From positions 704,001 to 768,000 of the forward strand of contig CAWHTE010000001.1 in NCBI GenBank assembly GCA_963832165.1: a stretch of 64,000 bases of DNA, read 5' to 3'. Numbering within the stretch: the stretch's first letter is position 1; every line of letters starts with the position of its first letter. The stretch is from an uncultured delta proteobacterium. GTDB taxonomy: Bacteria; Myxococcota_A; UBA9160; SMWR01. The notes under the pieces are model-generated. The model did no database searches. It had not been told where the DNA came from and saw only the letters and a program-made list of their open reading frames with translations. Below, one piece after another: positions 49,822 to 59,140 of this stretch. A program made the translations under genes and the position numbers.

Positions 49822-49909
49822 CCATCTGGTCTTCGCTCGGCTTCGCCAACCTGATGGCCTTCGCTCGCCTTCGGCTCGCTGCGCGAAACTTGCAGTGCGC
49901 GAAACTTGC
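49822..49909 (-). repeat. GNA-hairpin repeat copy D (intergenic, minus strand) with flanking partial copies
   Basis: Reverse complement of 49850-49893 is GCAAGTTTCGCGCAGCGAGCCGAAGGCGAGCGAAGGCCATCAGG; TGCGCGAAACTTGC duplicated at 49896-49909. Confidence 0.88.
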
Positions 49910-49933
49910 GGCGAGCCCGCTAGCATCCACGCC

Positions 49934-50833
49934 GTGCGCAACGCGTTCTTCAAGGGGCATGGGCTCGGCAACGACTACCTCGTGGTCGACTCGTCGGAGC
50001 TCGACTTTCCGATCACGCCTGCGCGCGTGCGCAGCTTGTGCGATCGCCACACCGGCGTGGGTGGAGACGGACTCCTGGCGCTGGTGCCGACGCGGCGCGC
50101 CGATTTCGGCATGCGCATCTGGAATCCCGATGGCAGCGAGGCGGAGAAATCGGGCAACGGGCTGCGGATCTTCGCACGCTTTCTGCACGCCACGAAGCGC
50201 ACGCGCCGCACCGCGTTCTCGGTCGAGACGAAGGGCGGCATCGCGGGGATCGAGCTCGCGCTCGACGCGCAGGGCGTCGCATCGAGTGCGACGGTGGCGA
50301 TGGGGCGTGCGAGCTTCGCGCCCGCCGACCTGCCGTGCAGCCTCGATGTGCCCGAGCTCGTCGACGAGCCGATCCGGGTCGGATCGCAGTCGCTGCGCTT
50401 CACGGGAGTGTCGATCGGCAATCCGCACTGCGTGGTGTTCCGGCCCAAGGGTCGCGACGTGACGCGGCGTGAGCTCACCGAGCTCGGTCCGGCGCTCGAG
50501 ACGCACCGGATCTTCCCGCGCTTCACCAATGTTCAGCTCGTGGTGCCGCGCACGCGGCACCGGCTCGCGGTGTGGATCTGGGAGCGCGGCGCGGGCATCA
50601 CGCAGGCGTCCGGCTCGTCCGCATGCGCTGCAGCGGCGGCCGCGGTGCGCCGCGGCATCGCGAAGAGTCCAATCGAGGTGGAGATGCCCGGCGGCACCCT
50701 CTCCGTGGAGGTGGACCCCGCGTTCGATGTAATTCTTACCGGAGCGGTCGAAGAGGTCTGTCGCGGCCAGCTCGCCGAGCCGTGGGTCAAGGCGCTCAAT
50801 GGGGGTGCGCGCCGCCGTCCGTCGCGGCGCTGA
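49934..50833 (+). CDS. dapF: Diaminopimelate epimerase-like protein (Ser at both catalytic Cys positions)
   Basis: KGHGLGNDY, GVGGDG, NPDGSEAEKSGNG, GNPHCV, WERGAGITQASGSS, MPGG. Confidence 0.82.
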   Translation: MRNAFFKGHGLGNDYLVVDSSELDFPITPARVRSLCDRHTGVGGDGLLALVPTRRADFGMRIWNPDGSEAEKSGNGLRIFARFLHATKRTRRTAFSVETKGGIAGIELALDAQGVASSATVAMGRASFAPADLPCSLDVPELVDEPIRVGSQSLRFTGVSIGNPHCVVFRPKGRDVTRRELTELGPALETHRIFPRFTNVQLVVPRTRHRLAVWIWERGAGITQASGSSACAAAAAAVRRGIAKSPIEVEMPGGTLSVEVDPAFDVILTGAVEEVCRGQLAEPWVKALNGGARRRPSRR

Positions 50834-50954
50834 TTCGTCGACCGAAGCGCGGCGCAGCACGGGGACCGTTCGATCCGCCTCGGGGTACCCTCTTCAGTCG
50901 CTGCGAATCCCCGGAATGGGGTAGGATTTGCTCGAGCCGCGCCCCGTCTTTTCA

Positions 50955-52463
50955 ATGAAAAAGCCCCCCCCGACTGTCTTGCGCTCCGCACCTCGCGCCG
51001 AGACCGGCGTCGAGGGGCTCGACCACGTGCTAGGCGGTGGGCTCACGCCGGGCCAGCTCTACGTGCTCGAAGGCCTGCCCGGAACGGGCAAAACCACCCT
51101 CGCGCTGCAGTTCCTGCTCGAAGGAGTGCGGCGCGGAGAGTCGGTTCTGCACGTGACCCTCTCGGAGACCACCCCGGAGCTGTACTCGATCGCTGCCTCG
51201 CACGGCTGGTCGCTCGAAGGGATCCAGATCCACCAGGTGCTGGCGGACACCAAGCTCCTCGACGCAGACGAAAACACGGTATTCCATCCATCCGAGGTCG
51301 AGCTGAGCGAAGCGATCCGGCCGATCCTCGCGCAGGTCGAGCGGCAGAAGCCAGCGCGCGTAGTGCTCGACTCTCTGTCGGAGATCCGCCTGCTGGCCGG
51401 CTCCGCGCTGCGCTTCCGGCGGCAGTTGCTCTCGCTCAAGCAGTACTTCACGGGCCGCGACTGCACCGTGCTCGTGCTGGACGACCGGACCTCCGGCGAC
51501 CCGGACTTCCAGGTGCAGAGCATCGCCCACGGCGTGATCCAGCTCGATCAGCAGAACCCGGAATTCGGAGCAGAACGACGCCGCATGCTCGTGTGCAAGT
51601 TCCGCGGCGTGCAGTTTCGCGGTGGCTTTCACGACTTCCAGCTCCGTCGCGGCGGGATCAGGATCTTCCCGCGACTCGTCGCCGCCGAACACCGCCAGGT
51701 GCTGCCGGCCGGAAAGCTCGAGAGCGGGGTTCCCGAGCTCGACAAGCTGCTCGGTGGTGGAGTCGATCAGGGCATGAGCACGCTCTTCGTCGGCGCTGCG
51801 GGAACCGGCAAGTCGTCGTTGGTGGCGCAGTTCGTCGTGGCAGGGGCCGCTCGCGGCGAGACCAGCGTGATGTTCCTCTTCGACGAGAGCGTCGCCACGC
51901 TGCTCGGGCGCTGCGACGGTCTCAACATTCCGCTGCGGCGCCACGTCGAATCGGGTCTCGTGAAGGTACGACCGATCGATCCTGCCGAGCTCTCGCCCGG
52001 CGAATTCAGCCAGGCCATCCGCACTGCCGTCGAGGTCGATAAAGCCGCGATCGTCGTGCTGGACAGCCTGAACGGGTTTCTCAACGCGATGCCCGGAGAG
52101 CGCTTCCTGACCCTCCAGCTGCACGAGATTCTCTCCTACCTGGGTCAGCAGGGTGTCGCCACGCTGTTGGTCGCGGCGCAGCAGGGCTTGATCGGCCAGC
52201 AGATGAACACCCCGATCGATGCCACCTTCCTGGCCGACGCCGTGGTGTTGATGCGCTACTTCGAGATGCACGGGGAGATCCGCCAGGCGATCTCGGTGGT
52301 CAAGCGCCGCGGCGGAGAACACGAGCGCACGATCCGCGAGTTTCGGCTCAAGGCCGGAGGCATTCAACTCGGCGAGCCCTTGCGCCAGTTGCGCGGCGTG
52401 CTTACTGGAGTTCCGATCTTCGAGGGATCGGGCGATCCATTTCTGTCGACGAAATCGACATGA
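50955..52463 (+). CDS. KaiC-like double-domain RecA-superfamily ATPase
   Basis: Walker A GLPGTGKT and GAAGTGKS; KFRG; IRQAISVVKRR. Confidence 0.9.
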   Translation: MKKPPPTVLRSAPRAETGVEGLDHVLGGGLTPGQLYVLEGLPGTGKTTLALQFLLEGVRRGESVLHVTLSETTPELYSIAASHGWSLEGIQIHQVLADTKLLDADENTVFHPSEVELSEAIRPILAQVERQKPARVVLDSLSEIRLLAGSALRFRRQLLSLKQYFTGRDCTVLVLDDRTSGDPDFQVQSIAHGVIQLDQQNPEFGAERRRMLVCKFRGVQFRGGFHDFQLRRGGIRIFPRLVAAEHRQVLPAGKLESGVPELDKLLGGGVDQGMSTLFVGAAGTGKSSLVAQFVVAGAARGETSVMFLFDESVATLLGRCDGLNIPLRRHVESGLVKVRPIDPAELSPGEFSQAIRTAVEVDKAAIVVLDSLNGFLNAMPGERFLTLQLHEILSYLGQQGVATLLVAAQQGLIGQQMNTPIDATFLADAVVLMRYFEMHGEIRQAISVVKRRGGEHERTIREFRLKAGGIQLGEPLRQLRGVLTGVPIFEGSGDPFLSTKST

Positions 52464-54424
52464 GTGACACCGGTGGATTCGAAACGCGAGTTGTGGTGCT
52501 CGCCCCGACCGGTAGGGACGGGGAGCTGATTCGATCCGTCCTGGGCAAGGCCGAAATCGCGTCGGAGACCTGCGCCGACGTGGCTTCACTGTGCCGCGCG
52601 ATCGCCTCGGGTGCGGGTGCGGTGCTCCTGGCCGAGGAGGTGATCACCGGCGGCATGCCCGATTCGCTGATGGCGTGCTTCGCCGAACAGCCACCGTGGT
52701 CCGACCTGCCGATCCTCGTTCTCACCGAGCAAGGCGCCAGTTCCCCTGCGGCGCACCGGGCGATGGCTGATCTCGGGAACGTGACGTTGCTCGAGCGCCC
52801 GATCCGCGTGGCGGCGCTCGTGAGCAACGTGCGCTTCGCGTTGCGCGCGCGGCAGCGGCAATACCAGATCCGATCCCACCTCAGTGCCGTGGAGGAGGCT
52901 GCCAAGACGAGTGCGCGCCTCGCGGCCATCGTCGAGTCGTCGGATGACGCGATCGTGAGCAAGACACTCGACGGCGTGATCACCTCGTGGAACTCCGGCG
53001 CGGAGCGGCTCTTCGAGTACTCGGCGGAGGAGGCGATCGGCCAACCGATCCTGCTGATCATTCCGCCGGACAAGGCCGAAGAGGAGCAGTGGATCCTCCG
53101 CCGGCTGCGGCAGAACATTCCCGTCCAAAACTACGAAACCGAGCGCCTCGCCAAGTCCGGCCGCCGGGTCGACGTCTCGGTGAGCGTCTCGCCGCTACGC
53201 GACGCGAGTGGCCGCGTCGTGGGGGCTTCGAAAGTCGCGCGCGACATCGGCGCCCGCAAGCGCGCCGATGCCGCGCTCAAGGAGGCGGACCGGCGCAAGG
53301 ACGAGTTCCTCGCCACGCTCGCGCACGAGCTGCGCAATCCGCTCGCGCCGATCCGGACGTCGCTGCACATCCTGGAGCTCGCGAAGTCCAACGGCGCCAT
53401 CGACCCTGCGCTCGCCCCGACGCTCGAGATCATGGACCGGCAGGTCGATCACATCGTGCGGCTGGTCGACGACCTCCTGGAAGTCTCGCGCATCACCCGC
53501 GGCAAGATCGAGTTCCGACCCGAGACCGTCGAGCTCGACTCGGTGATCGAGAGCGCCGTCGAGACGAGCCGTCCGCTGATCGACGCGGCCCGCCACGAGC
53601 TGATCGTCGAGATTCCGCGCAAGAACCTGACTCTGGAAGCGGATCCGGTTCGCCTGAGCCAGGTATTCGCCAATCTGCTGAACAACGCGGCCAAGTACAC
53701 CGAGGAAGGTGGAACGATCTGGCTGACGGTGAGCGAAGAGAACTCCCACGTGCGGGTCGCCGTTCGCGATACGGGCGTCGGGATCGACGCCGAGATGCTC
53801 CCGCGCATCTTCGAGATGTTCTCGCAGGCCGATAACCGGCCGGAAGGACGCGCTCCGGAGGGTCTGGGCATCGGGCTGTGGCTCGTGCAGAATCTCGTGG
53901 CGATGCACGGCGGCAGCGTCGGCGCGCGGAGCGGCGGAATCGGAATGGGCAGTGAGTTCGTCGTGCAGCTCCCGCGCGTGGCAGAGGCGCGAGCCTCCGC
54001 AGCCGAGCCACCCCGAGCGCGCTTCGTCGACGAGTCACTGTCCTGGTTGTCGGTGCTCGTCGTCGACGACAATCACGACGCTGCCGACAGCCTCGGCGCA
54101 CTGCTGCGATCGCTCGGCGCGAAAGTCCGGATTGCCTACGACGGTCCTTCCGCGCTGAAGCTCGTCGCGGAGGATCTGCCCGGCGTCGCGCTGCTCGACA
54201 TCGGGATGCCGGGCATGGACGGCTACGAGGTCGCGCGACGGATTCGGGAAGAGCCCCAGTATCGGGACGTCACGCTGATCGCGCTCACGGGGTGGGGTCA
54301 GGAAAAGGATCGCCTGCGCGCGGAGCAGGCCGGGTTGGACCACCACATCGGCAAGCCCGCCAAGGTGGCCGAGCTCCAGGAGCTGATGCTCTCGATCCGC
54401 CGCGATCGGGCCGCGACCGAATGA
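52460..54424 (+). CDS. Hybrid sensor histidine kinase (pseudo-REC, PAS, HisKA, HATPase, REC)
   Basis: ATGA overlap with kaiC-like gene; LAHELRNPL, NLLNNAAKY, GLGIGL, LLDIGMPGMDG. Confidence 0.92.
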   Translation: MSDTGGFETRVVVLAPTGRDGELIRSVLGKAEIASETCADVASLCRAIASGAGAVLLAEEVITGGMPDSLMACFAEQPPWSDLPILVLTEQGASSPAAHRAMADLGNVTLLERPIRVAALVSNVRFALRARQRQYQIRSHLSAVEEAAKTSARLAAIVESSDDAIVSKTLDGVITSWNSGAERLFEYSAEEAIGQPILLIIPPDKAEEEQWILRRLRQNIPVQNYETERLAKSGRRVDVSVSVSPLRDASGRVVGASKVARDIGARKRADAALKEADRRKDEFLATLAHELRNPLAPIRTSLHILELAKSNGAIDPALAPTLEIMDRQVDHIVRLVDDLLEVSRITRGKIEFRPETVELDSVIESAVETSRPLIDAARHELIVEIPRKNLTLEADPVRLSQVFANLLNNAAKYTEEGGTIWLTVSEENSHVRVAVRDTGVGIDAEMLPRIFEMFSQADNRPEGRAPEGLGIGLWLVQNLVAMHGGSVGARSGGIGMGSEFVVQLPRVAEARASAAEPPRARFVDESLSWLSVLVVDDNHDAADSLGALLRSLGAKVRIAYDGPSALKLVAEDLPGVALLDIGMPGMDGYEVARRIREEPQYRDVTLIALTGWGQEKDRLRAEQAGLDHHIGKPAKVAELQELMLSIRRDRAATE

Positions 54425-54457
54425 ACTAGCGCGCGCCAGCGCAGCGTCGAACCCAGA

Positions 54458-55066
54458 TCACTCGCCCGACATCTCGCGCACGAGCGTCTTCTTGAGCAGA
54501 TCGAGCTCGGCGCCCTGGATCGGCTCGACGGCGCGGCGCAGCATCGCGAGCGCGGCCATGCCGGAGACGACCGAGATCGAGAACGCCTGCAGCGCGACCA
54601 TCCTGCGCCGCGGCAGCTCCACGTCGGCGAAGATCTTCGACCAGACGCGATTCCACGCGCCCAGCATCTCGGTCTGCCAGACCGGGACGCCGTTCGTCTC
54701 GCTCGTGTGGTTGAGCAGAATCTCGAACGTGGAGCGATAGGCGGGGCTGCCGAAGTGCTCCCAGGCGATGTCGACGAATGCCGAGACGCGCTCGGCGAGC
54801 GACGCGCCCTCGGTAGGCACGGCCGCGAGGCGCTCCGCGAAGCGGTCGAACGATTCCTCCAACACCGCGGTGAGGATTCCCTCCTTGCCGCCGAAGTGGT
54901 GTTGTACGGCGCCCCAGGTGACGCCCGCGCGCCGCGTGATCTCGTTGGCGGTCGTCTTCTGGAAGCCGATCTCGGCGATGCTCTCGACCACCGCACGCAC
55001 GATCCGCTCGCGCGTGGCGGCGGTGCGCTCGGCCTGGGTGCGGCGGATGGATCGGGCTTGGGACAC
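54458..55066 (-). CDS. TetR family transcriptional regulator
   Basis: RRTQAERTAATRERIV...ITRRAGVTWGAVQHHF. Confidence 0.9.
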   Translation of the reverse strand: MSQARSIRRTQAERTAATRERIVRAVVESIAEIGFQKTTANEITRRAGVTWGAVQHHFGGKEGILTAVLEESFDRFAERLAAVPTEGASLAERVSAFVDIAWEHFGSPAYRSTFEILLNHTSETNGVPVWQTEMLGAWNRVWSKIFADVELPRRRMVALQAFSISVVSGMAALAMLRRAVEPIQGAELDLLKKTLVREMSGE

Positions 55067-55083
55067 GCGACGGCAGGCTAGCG

Positions 55084-55111
55084 CATTTCCATTGCGCGCA
55101 CAATGTAAATG
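55084..55111. promoter_or_regulatory. Candidate TetR operator palindrome between divergent tetR and P450 genes
   Basis: CATTTCCATTGCGC|GCACAATGTAAATG, 12 of 14 positions complementary. Confidence 0.65.
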
Positions 55112-55144
55112 AGATAGCGTCCCGAAACGCGCAGAGAGTGATCC

Positions 55145-56332
55145 ATGCCGCCGGCGGACGTCGAGTACAACCCCTACGCCTATCAGATCCACGAGGATCC
55201 GTACCCGACCTATGCCGCGCTGCGCGAGGCTGCGCCCGTCTACCGCAACGACGCGCTCGACTTCTGGGCGCTGTCGCGTCACGCCGATGTCCTCGCGGCG
55301 TTTCGGGACACCGGGCGCTTCTCGAACGACCACGGGGTATCGCTCGATCCGGAGTCGTGGGGCGAGTACGCGTCGGCGGGCACATCGTTTCTCGCGTTCG
55401 ATCCGCCGCGCCACACGCGCGTGCGCGGGCTGGTCTCGAAGGGCTTCACGCCGCGCCGCATCGCCGCGCTCGAAAAGAGCATCCGCGACATGTCGGTCGC
55501 CTATCTCGATCCGCTCGTCGGCGCGGGCCGCTTCGACTTCATCGACGAGCTCGCGGGCAAGGTACCGATGGACGTGATCAGCGAGATGCTCGGCGTGCCG
55601 CGCGCCGACCGCGCCGAGCTGCGCCGCCGCGCGGATCTGCTCGTGCACCGCGAAGAGGGCCACATGGGCGTGCCGCCCGAGGGCGTCGAGGCGTTCGGGT
55701 GGATCCGCAGCTATTTCCGCGCGCTGCTCGCCGAGCGCCGCGCGCGGCCGGGTGACGACCTGCTCTCGGTGTTGCTCGAGGTCGAGTCGGACGGCGAGCG
55801 GCTCGACGAGGGGGAGATCCTCTCGTTCGCGAATCTGATGATCGTGGCCGGTAACGAGACCACCACGAAGATGCTCGCGAACGCGATCTACTGGCTGTGG
55901 CGGAACCCCGAGCAACGCGCGCTCGTGCGCGAGGCGCCCGGGCAGCGGATTCCGGGCTGGGTCGAGGAGACGCTGCGCTTCGACAACTCCACGCAGATGC
56001 TCGCGCGCCGCGTCGCGGCCGACATCGAGCTGCACGGAGTCCGGCTGCGCGCGGGCGACCGCGCGCTGCTGCTCGTGGGCTCGGCGAATCGCGACGAGCG
56101 CGTGTTCGAGCGCGCGGACGAGTACGACATCCTGCGCGACACGACCCAGAGCGTGGCGTTCGGTCGCGGCGTGCACTTCTGTCTGGGCGCGGCGCTCGCG
56201 CGCCTCGAGGGCCGCGTGGTGCTCGAGGAGTGGTGGCGGCGCTTCCCCGACTACGAGATCGAGCCCGCGGGTGCGGTGCGCGTGCATTCGATCAACGTGC
56301 GCGGCTTTGCCGCGCTGCCCGTGAAGGTCTGA
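55145..56332 (+). CDS. Cytochrome P450 (CYP123-like)
   Basis: DPPRH, AGNETT, EETLR, FGRGVHFCLG. Confidence 0.92.
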   Translation: MPPADVEYNPYAYQIHEDPYPTYAALREAAPVYRNDALDFWALSRHADVLAAFRDTGRFSNDHGVSLDPESWGEYASAGTSFLAFDPPRHTRVRGLVSKGFTPRRIAALEKSIRDMSVAYLDPLVGAGRFDFIDELAGKVPMDVISEMLGVPRADRAELRRRADLLVHREEGHMGVPPEGVEAFGWIRSYFRALLAERRARPGDDLLSVLLEVESDGERLDEGEILSFANLMIVAGNETTTKMLANAIYWLWRNPEQRALVREAPGQRIPGWVEETLRFDNSTQMLARRVAADIELHGVRLRAGDRALLLVGSANRDERVFERADEYDILRDTTQSVAFGRGVHFCLGAALARLEGRVVLEEWWRRFPDYEIEPAGAVRVHSINVRGFAALPVKV

Positions 56333-56336
56333 CCCC

Positions 56337-57737
56337 ATGAGCGAAGCCTCTCCGCTGATCGGAACTCACGAATCGACGCACGTCGCCGCGAGCGCTCACG
56401 GCGGCAAGGCTCCGCCGCGGCTGTCGGGTGGTCTGCCGCTGCTCGGACACCTGCTCGAGCTGCGCCGGGCCCCGATCGAGCTGTTCTGGCGCGTGCGCCG
56501 CGAGTGCGGCGAGATCGGCGAGATGAACTGGGCCGGAAATCGCGTCGTGCTGCTCTCGGGCGAAGCAGCCCAGGAGGCGTTCTTCCGCGCCGAGGAGGAG
56601 CAGCTCGACCAGGCCGCGGCGTATCCGTTCATGACGCCGATCTTCGGACAGGGCGTGGTGTTCGACGGCACGCCCGAGCAGCGCCGCCAGGCGATGCGCA
56701 ACCAGTCGCTGCGCGACAAGATGATGCGCGGACACGCCGAGACGATCGCGGCCGAGACGCGCCGCATGATGGAGGGCCTCGGCGACGAGGGCGAGATCGA
56801 TCTGCTCGATTTCTTCTCCGAGCTCACGCTCTACACGTCGAGCGCGTGTCTGATCGGGCGCGAGTTCCGCGAGGAGCTCTCGTCCGAGTACTACCGCGTG
56901 TTCTACGAGCTCGAGAAGGGCACCGACGCGATCGCGTACGTCAACTCGCACCTGCCGCTGCCCGTGTTCCGGATCCGCGACCGCGCGCGCAGGCGGCTCG
57001 TCGAGCTGCTCACGGAAGTGTTCGAGCGCCGCGCCAAACGCGAGGGAGCACAGCGCGAGCTGTTCGACGTGTTGCTCTCCATCCGCGATGCCGAAGGCCG
57101 TCCGCGCTACACGATCGACCAGGTCACCGGGATGTTCATCTCGATGATGTTCGCGGGGCACCACACCACCTCGGGCACGGCCGCGTGGACGCTGATCGAG
57201 CTGCTGCGCAATCCGGGGGCGATGGAGAAGGTGCGCGCGGAGGTCGACGGGCTCTACGCCGACGGCCGCGAGGTGAGCTACCAGGCGCTGCGCGAGATCC
57301 CCGATCTCGAGGCCGGCATCAAGGAGTCGCTGCGGCTGCACCCGCCGCTGATCATCCTGATGCGCAAGGTCACCCACGACTTCCACTACAACGGCTTCAC
57401 GGTGCCGGCGGGCAAGCTCGTGGCGGTGTCCCCCGCGGTCTCGAACCGCATGCCCGAGTGCTTTCCGGATCCGGACCGCTTCGATCCCGCGCGCTACGAC
57501 GTGGGCCGCGAAGAGGACCGCCGCGTGATGGCGTGGATCCCGTTCGGCGCGGGGCGCCACCGCTGCGTGGGCGCCGCGTTCGCGATGATGCAGCTCAAGG
57601 CGATCTTCTCCGATCTGCTCTTGCGCTACGAGTTCGAGCTCTCGCAGCCGCCTGAGAGCTACTGCAACGATCACTCGAAGATGGTCGTGCAGCTGCGCCA
57701 GCCCTGCCGTGCGCGCTATCGACGCAGAATCGCGTAG
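56337..57737 (+). CDS. cyp51: Cytochrome P450 CYP51 (sterol 14-alpha-demethylase family)
   Basis: CYP51 signatures AYPFMTPIFGQGVVFD and MFAGHHTTS; ESLRLHPP; FGAGRHRCVG. Confidence 0.88.
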   Translation: MSEASPLIGTHESTHVAASAHGGKAPPRLSGGLPLLGHLLELRRAPIELFWRVRRECGEIGEMNWAGNRVVLLSGEAAQEAFFRAEEEQLDQAAAYPFMTPIFGQGVVFDGTPEQRRQAMRNQSLRDKMMRGHAETIAAETRRMMEGLGDEGEIDLLDFFSELTLYTSSACLIGREFREELSSEYYRVFYELEKGTDAIAYVNSHLPLPVFRIRDRARRRLVELLTEVFERRAKREGAQRELFDVLLSIRDAEGRPRYTIDQVTGMFISMMFAGHHTTSGTAAWTLIELLRNPGAMEKVRAEVDGLYADGREVSYQALREIPDLEAGIKESLRLHPPLIILMRKVTHDFHYNGFTVPAGKLVAVSPAVSNRMPECFPDPDRFDPARYDVGREEDRRVMAWIPFGAGRHRCVGAAFAMMQLKAIFSDLLLRYEFELSQPPESYCNDHSKMVVQLRQPCRARYRRRIA

Positions 57738-57766
57738 GGCGGGAGGAGCCGAAGGCGGATCCCGCC
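57738..57766 (+). repeat. Post-stop GGCGGGA...TCCCGCC hairpin element (second family)
   Basis: TAG-GGCGGGA-GGAGCCGAAGGCGGA-TCCCGCC, same arms and position relative to the stop as 45002. Confidence 0.7.
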
Positions 57767-57799
57767 GTTCCCGGACTGTTAGCACTCAGGAGGAAAAAG

Positions 57800-58360
57800 A
57801 TGCCCGCATTTCCGCGTCAAGAGCTCGAGGAGATGATCCGCCGCTGGGTGGCGGCGAACGACGAGGCCGGCCGCACCGGCGACTGGTCGCAGATGTCGCG
57901 CTTCTACACCGAGGACGCGATCTACACCTGGAACAACGGCCAGAACTGGGAATTCGTCGCGCGCGGCCGCAAACAGATCCACGAGTGGGCGTTCGGCACC
58001 GAGATGGCCGGCCTCGAGCACTGGGTCTATCCCTACGTGCGCACGATGATCGACGACCAGAAGGGCGAGATCCTCGGTGTCTGGCGCCAGATCGCACCCG
58101 ACAAGGACGCGGAGGGCAAGCCCTACGAGATCGCGGGCACGGGCGGCTCGTGGTTCCGCTATGCGGGCAACTTCCAGTGGGACTGGCAGCGAGACTTCTT
58201 CGACCACATCAACGCGGGCACGGTGTTTGGCGCGATGATGAAGAACAACCAGCTCAAGCCGAAGATGGTCGAGCGGCTCCAGAAGGGCTCGAAGATGCCC
58301 GGCTGGACCCGGCGCTCCGACTTCGACTGGTACGAGACGATCGCGAACCGGGAGGCCTGA
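57800..58360 (+). CDS. NTF2/SnoaL-like protein (Rv0762c-like)
   Basis: FYTEDAIYTWN, WVYPY, GGSWFRYAG, WQRDFFD. Confidence 0.82.
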   Translation: MPAFPRQELEEMIRRWVAANDEAGRTGDWSQMSRFYTEDAIYTWNNGQNWEFVARGRKQIHEWAFGTEMAGLEHWVYPYVRTMIDDQKGEILGVWRQIAPDKDAEGKPYEIAGTGGSWFRYAGNFQWDWQRDFFDHINAGTVFGAMMKNNQLKPKMVERLQKGSKMPGWTRRSDFDWYETIANREA

Positions 58361-58361
58361 C

Positions 58362-58733
58362 ATGGGCAACGATCGCCGCGAGCGCGGCGCCGAGATGATG
58401 AAGAAGGTCTATGCGGGCGACGTGATCGTGCCGCCCGAGGGCGCGGTCCCGTTCGCCGACATCATGCTCGAGCAGGTGTTCGCCGAGGTGTGGACGCGCC
58501 CCGTGCTCCCGGTGCGCGACCGGCGACTGCTCATCATGGGCGTGATCGCGTGCATGGGCGAGTCGATGACCTGGGGCATCCAGGCCAAGGCGGCGCTCAA
58601 GAATGGCGAGCTCACGCCCGAGCAGCTGCGCGAGTGTCTGATCCAGCTCGCGCAGTACGCGGGCTACCCGCGCGCGGCGGGTCTCATGGCCGTCACCGAG
58701 AAGACGATCGCGGAGTTCAAGAAGGGCGAGTAG
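58362..58733 (+). CDS. Carboxymuconolactone decarboxylase family protein
   Basis: FAEVWTRP...RDRRL, ALKNGELT, YAGYP. Confidence 0.85.
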   Translation: MGNDRRERGAEMMKKVYAGDVIVPPEGAVPFADIMLEQVFAEVWTRPVLPVRDRRLLIMGVIACMGESMTWGIQAKAALKNGELTPEQLRECLIQLAQYAGYPRAAGLMAVTEKTIAEFKKGE

Positions 58734-58759
58734 CGCGCGTCTCGACTATCGTCCTGCGC

Positions 58760-59140
58760 GTGAGGAGCGCCGGGCGGCTGCTAGTCGCGTGCCTTCTGGT
58801 CTCGGGCTGCGCCGTGGGCGAGGTGGCGAATCGTCGCACGCTCAACGAGCTCGATCACCACCTGACACCCTCTACCGCGACGGGGCGTTGGGCGGCTGCG
58901 CCGGTGGCGTTCCCCACCGCACTCGTGAGTCTCGCGGCGGACGCGTTCGTCGTGCACCCGAGCACGGTGTTCGACGACGCGTGGCGCGACACCCGAGATT
59001 GGCTCTGGACGCCGGATCCGTCCGAGTCGCGGTTTCGCCGTGCCGTCTTGTTCCCGGTGACCTTGCTGGCGACTCCCTTCGTGTATGTCGGCGACTGGCT
59101 GGCGCGCGCGGCGTTCGCGCTCGGCCCGAACGACTCGTGA
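58760..59140 (+). CDS. Hypothetical lipoprotein (paralog of next gene)
   Basis: Lipobox LVSG-C; VVHP..DDAW.D motif; GTGA overlap with next gene. Confidence 0.7.
   Translation: MRSAGRLLVACLLVSGCAVGEVANRRTLNELDHHLTPSTATGRWAAAPVAFPTALVSLAADAFVVHPSTVFDDAWRDTRDWLWTPDPSESRFRRAVLFPVTLLATPFVYVGDWLARAAFALGPNDS

Noticed and set aside
54458..56338. 626-aa ORF as a large TetR fusion
   Set aside because: The upstream part is antisense to the P450; TetR begins at about 55066
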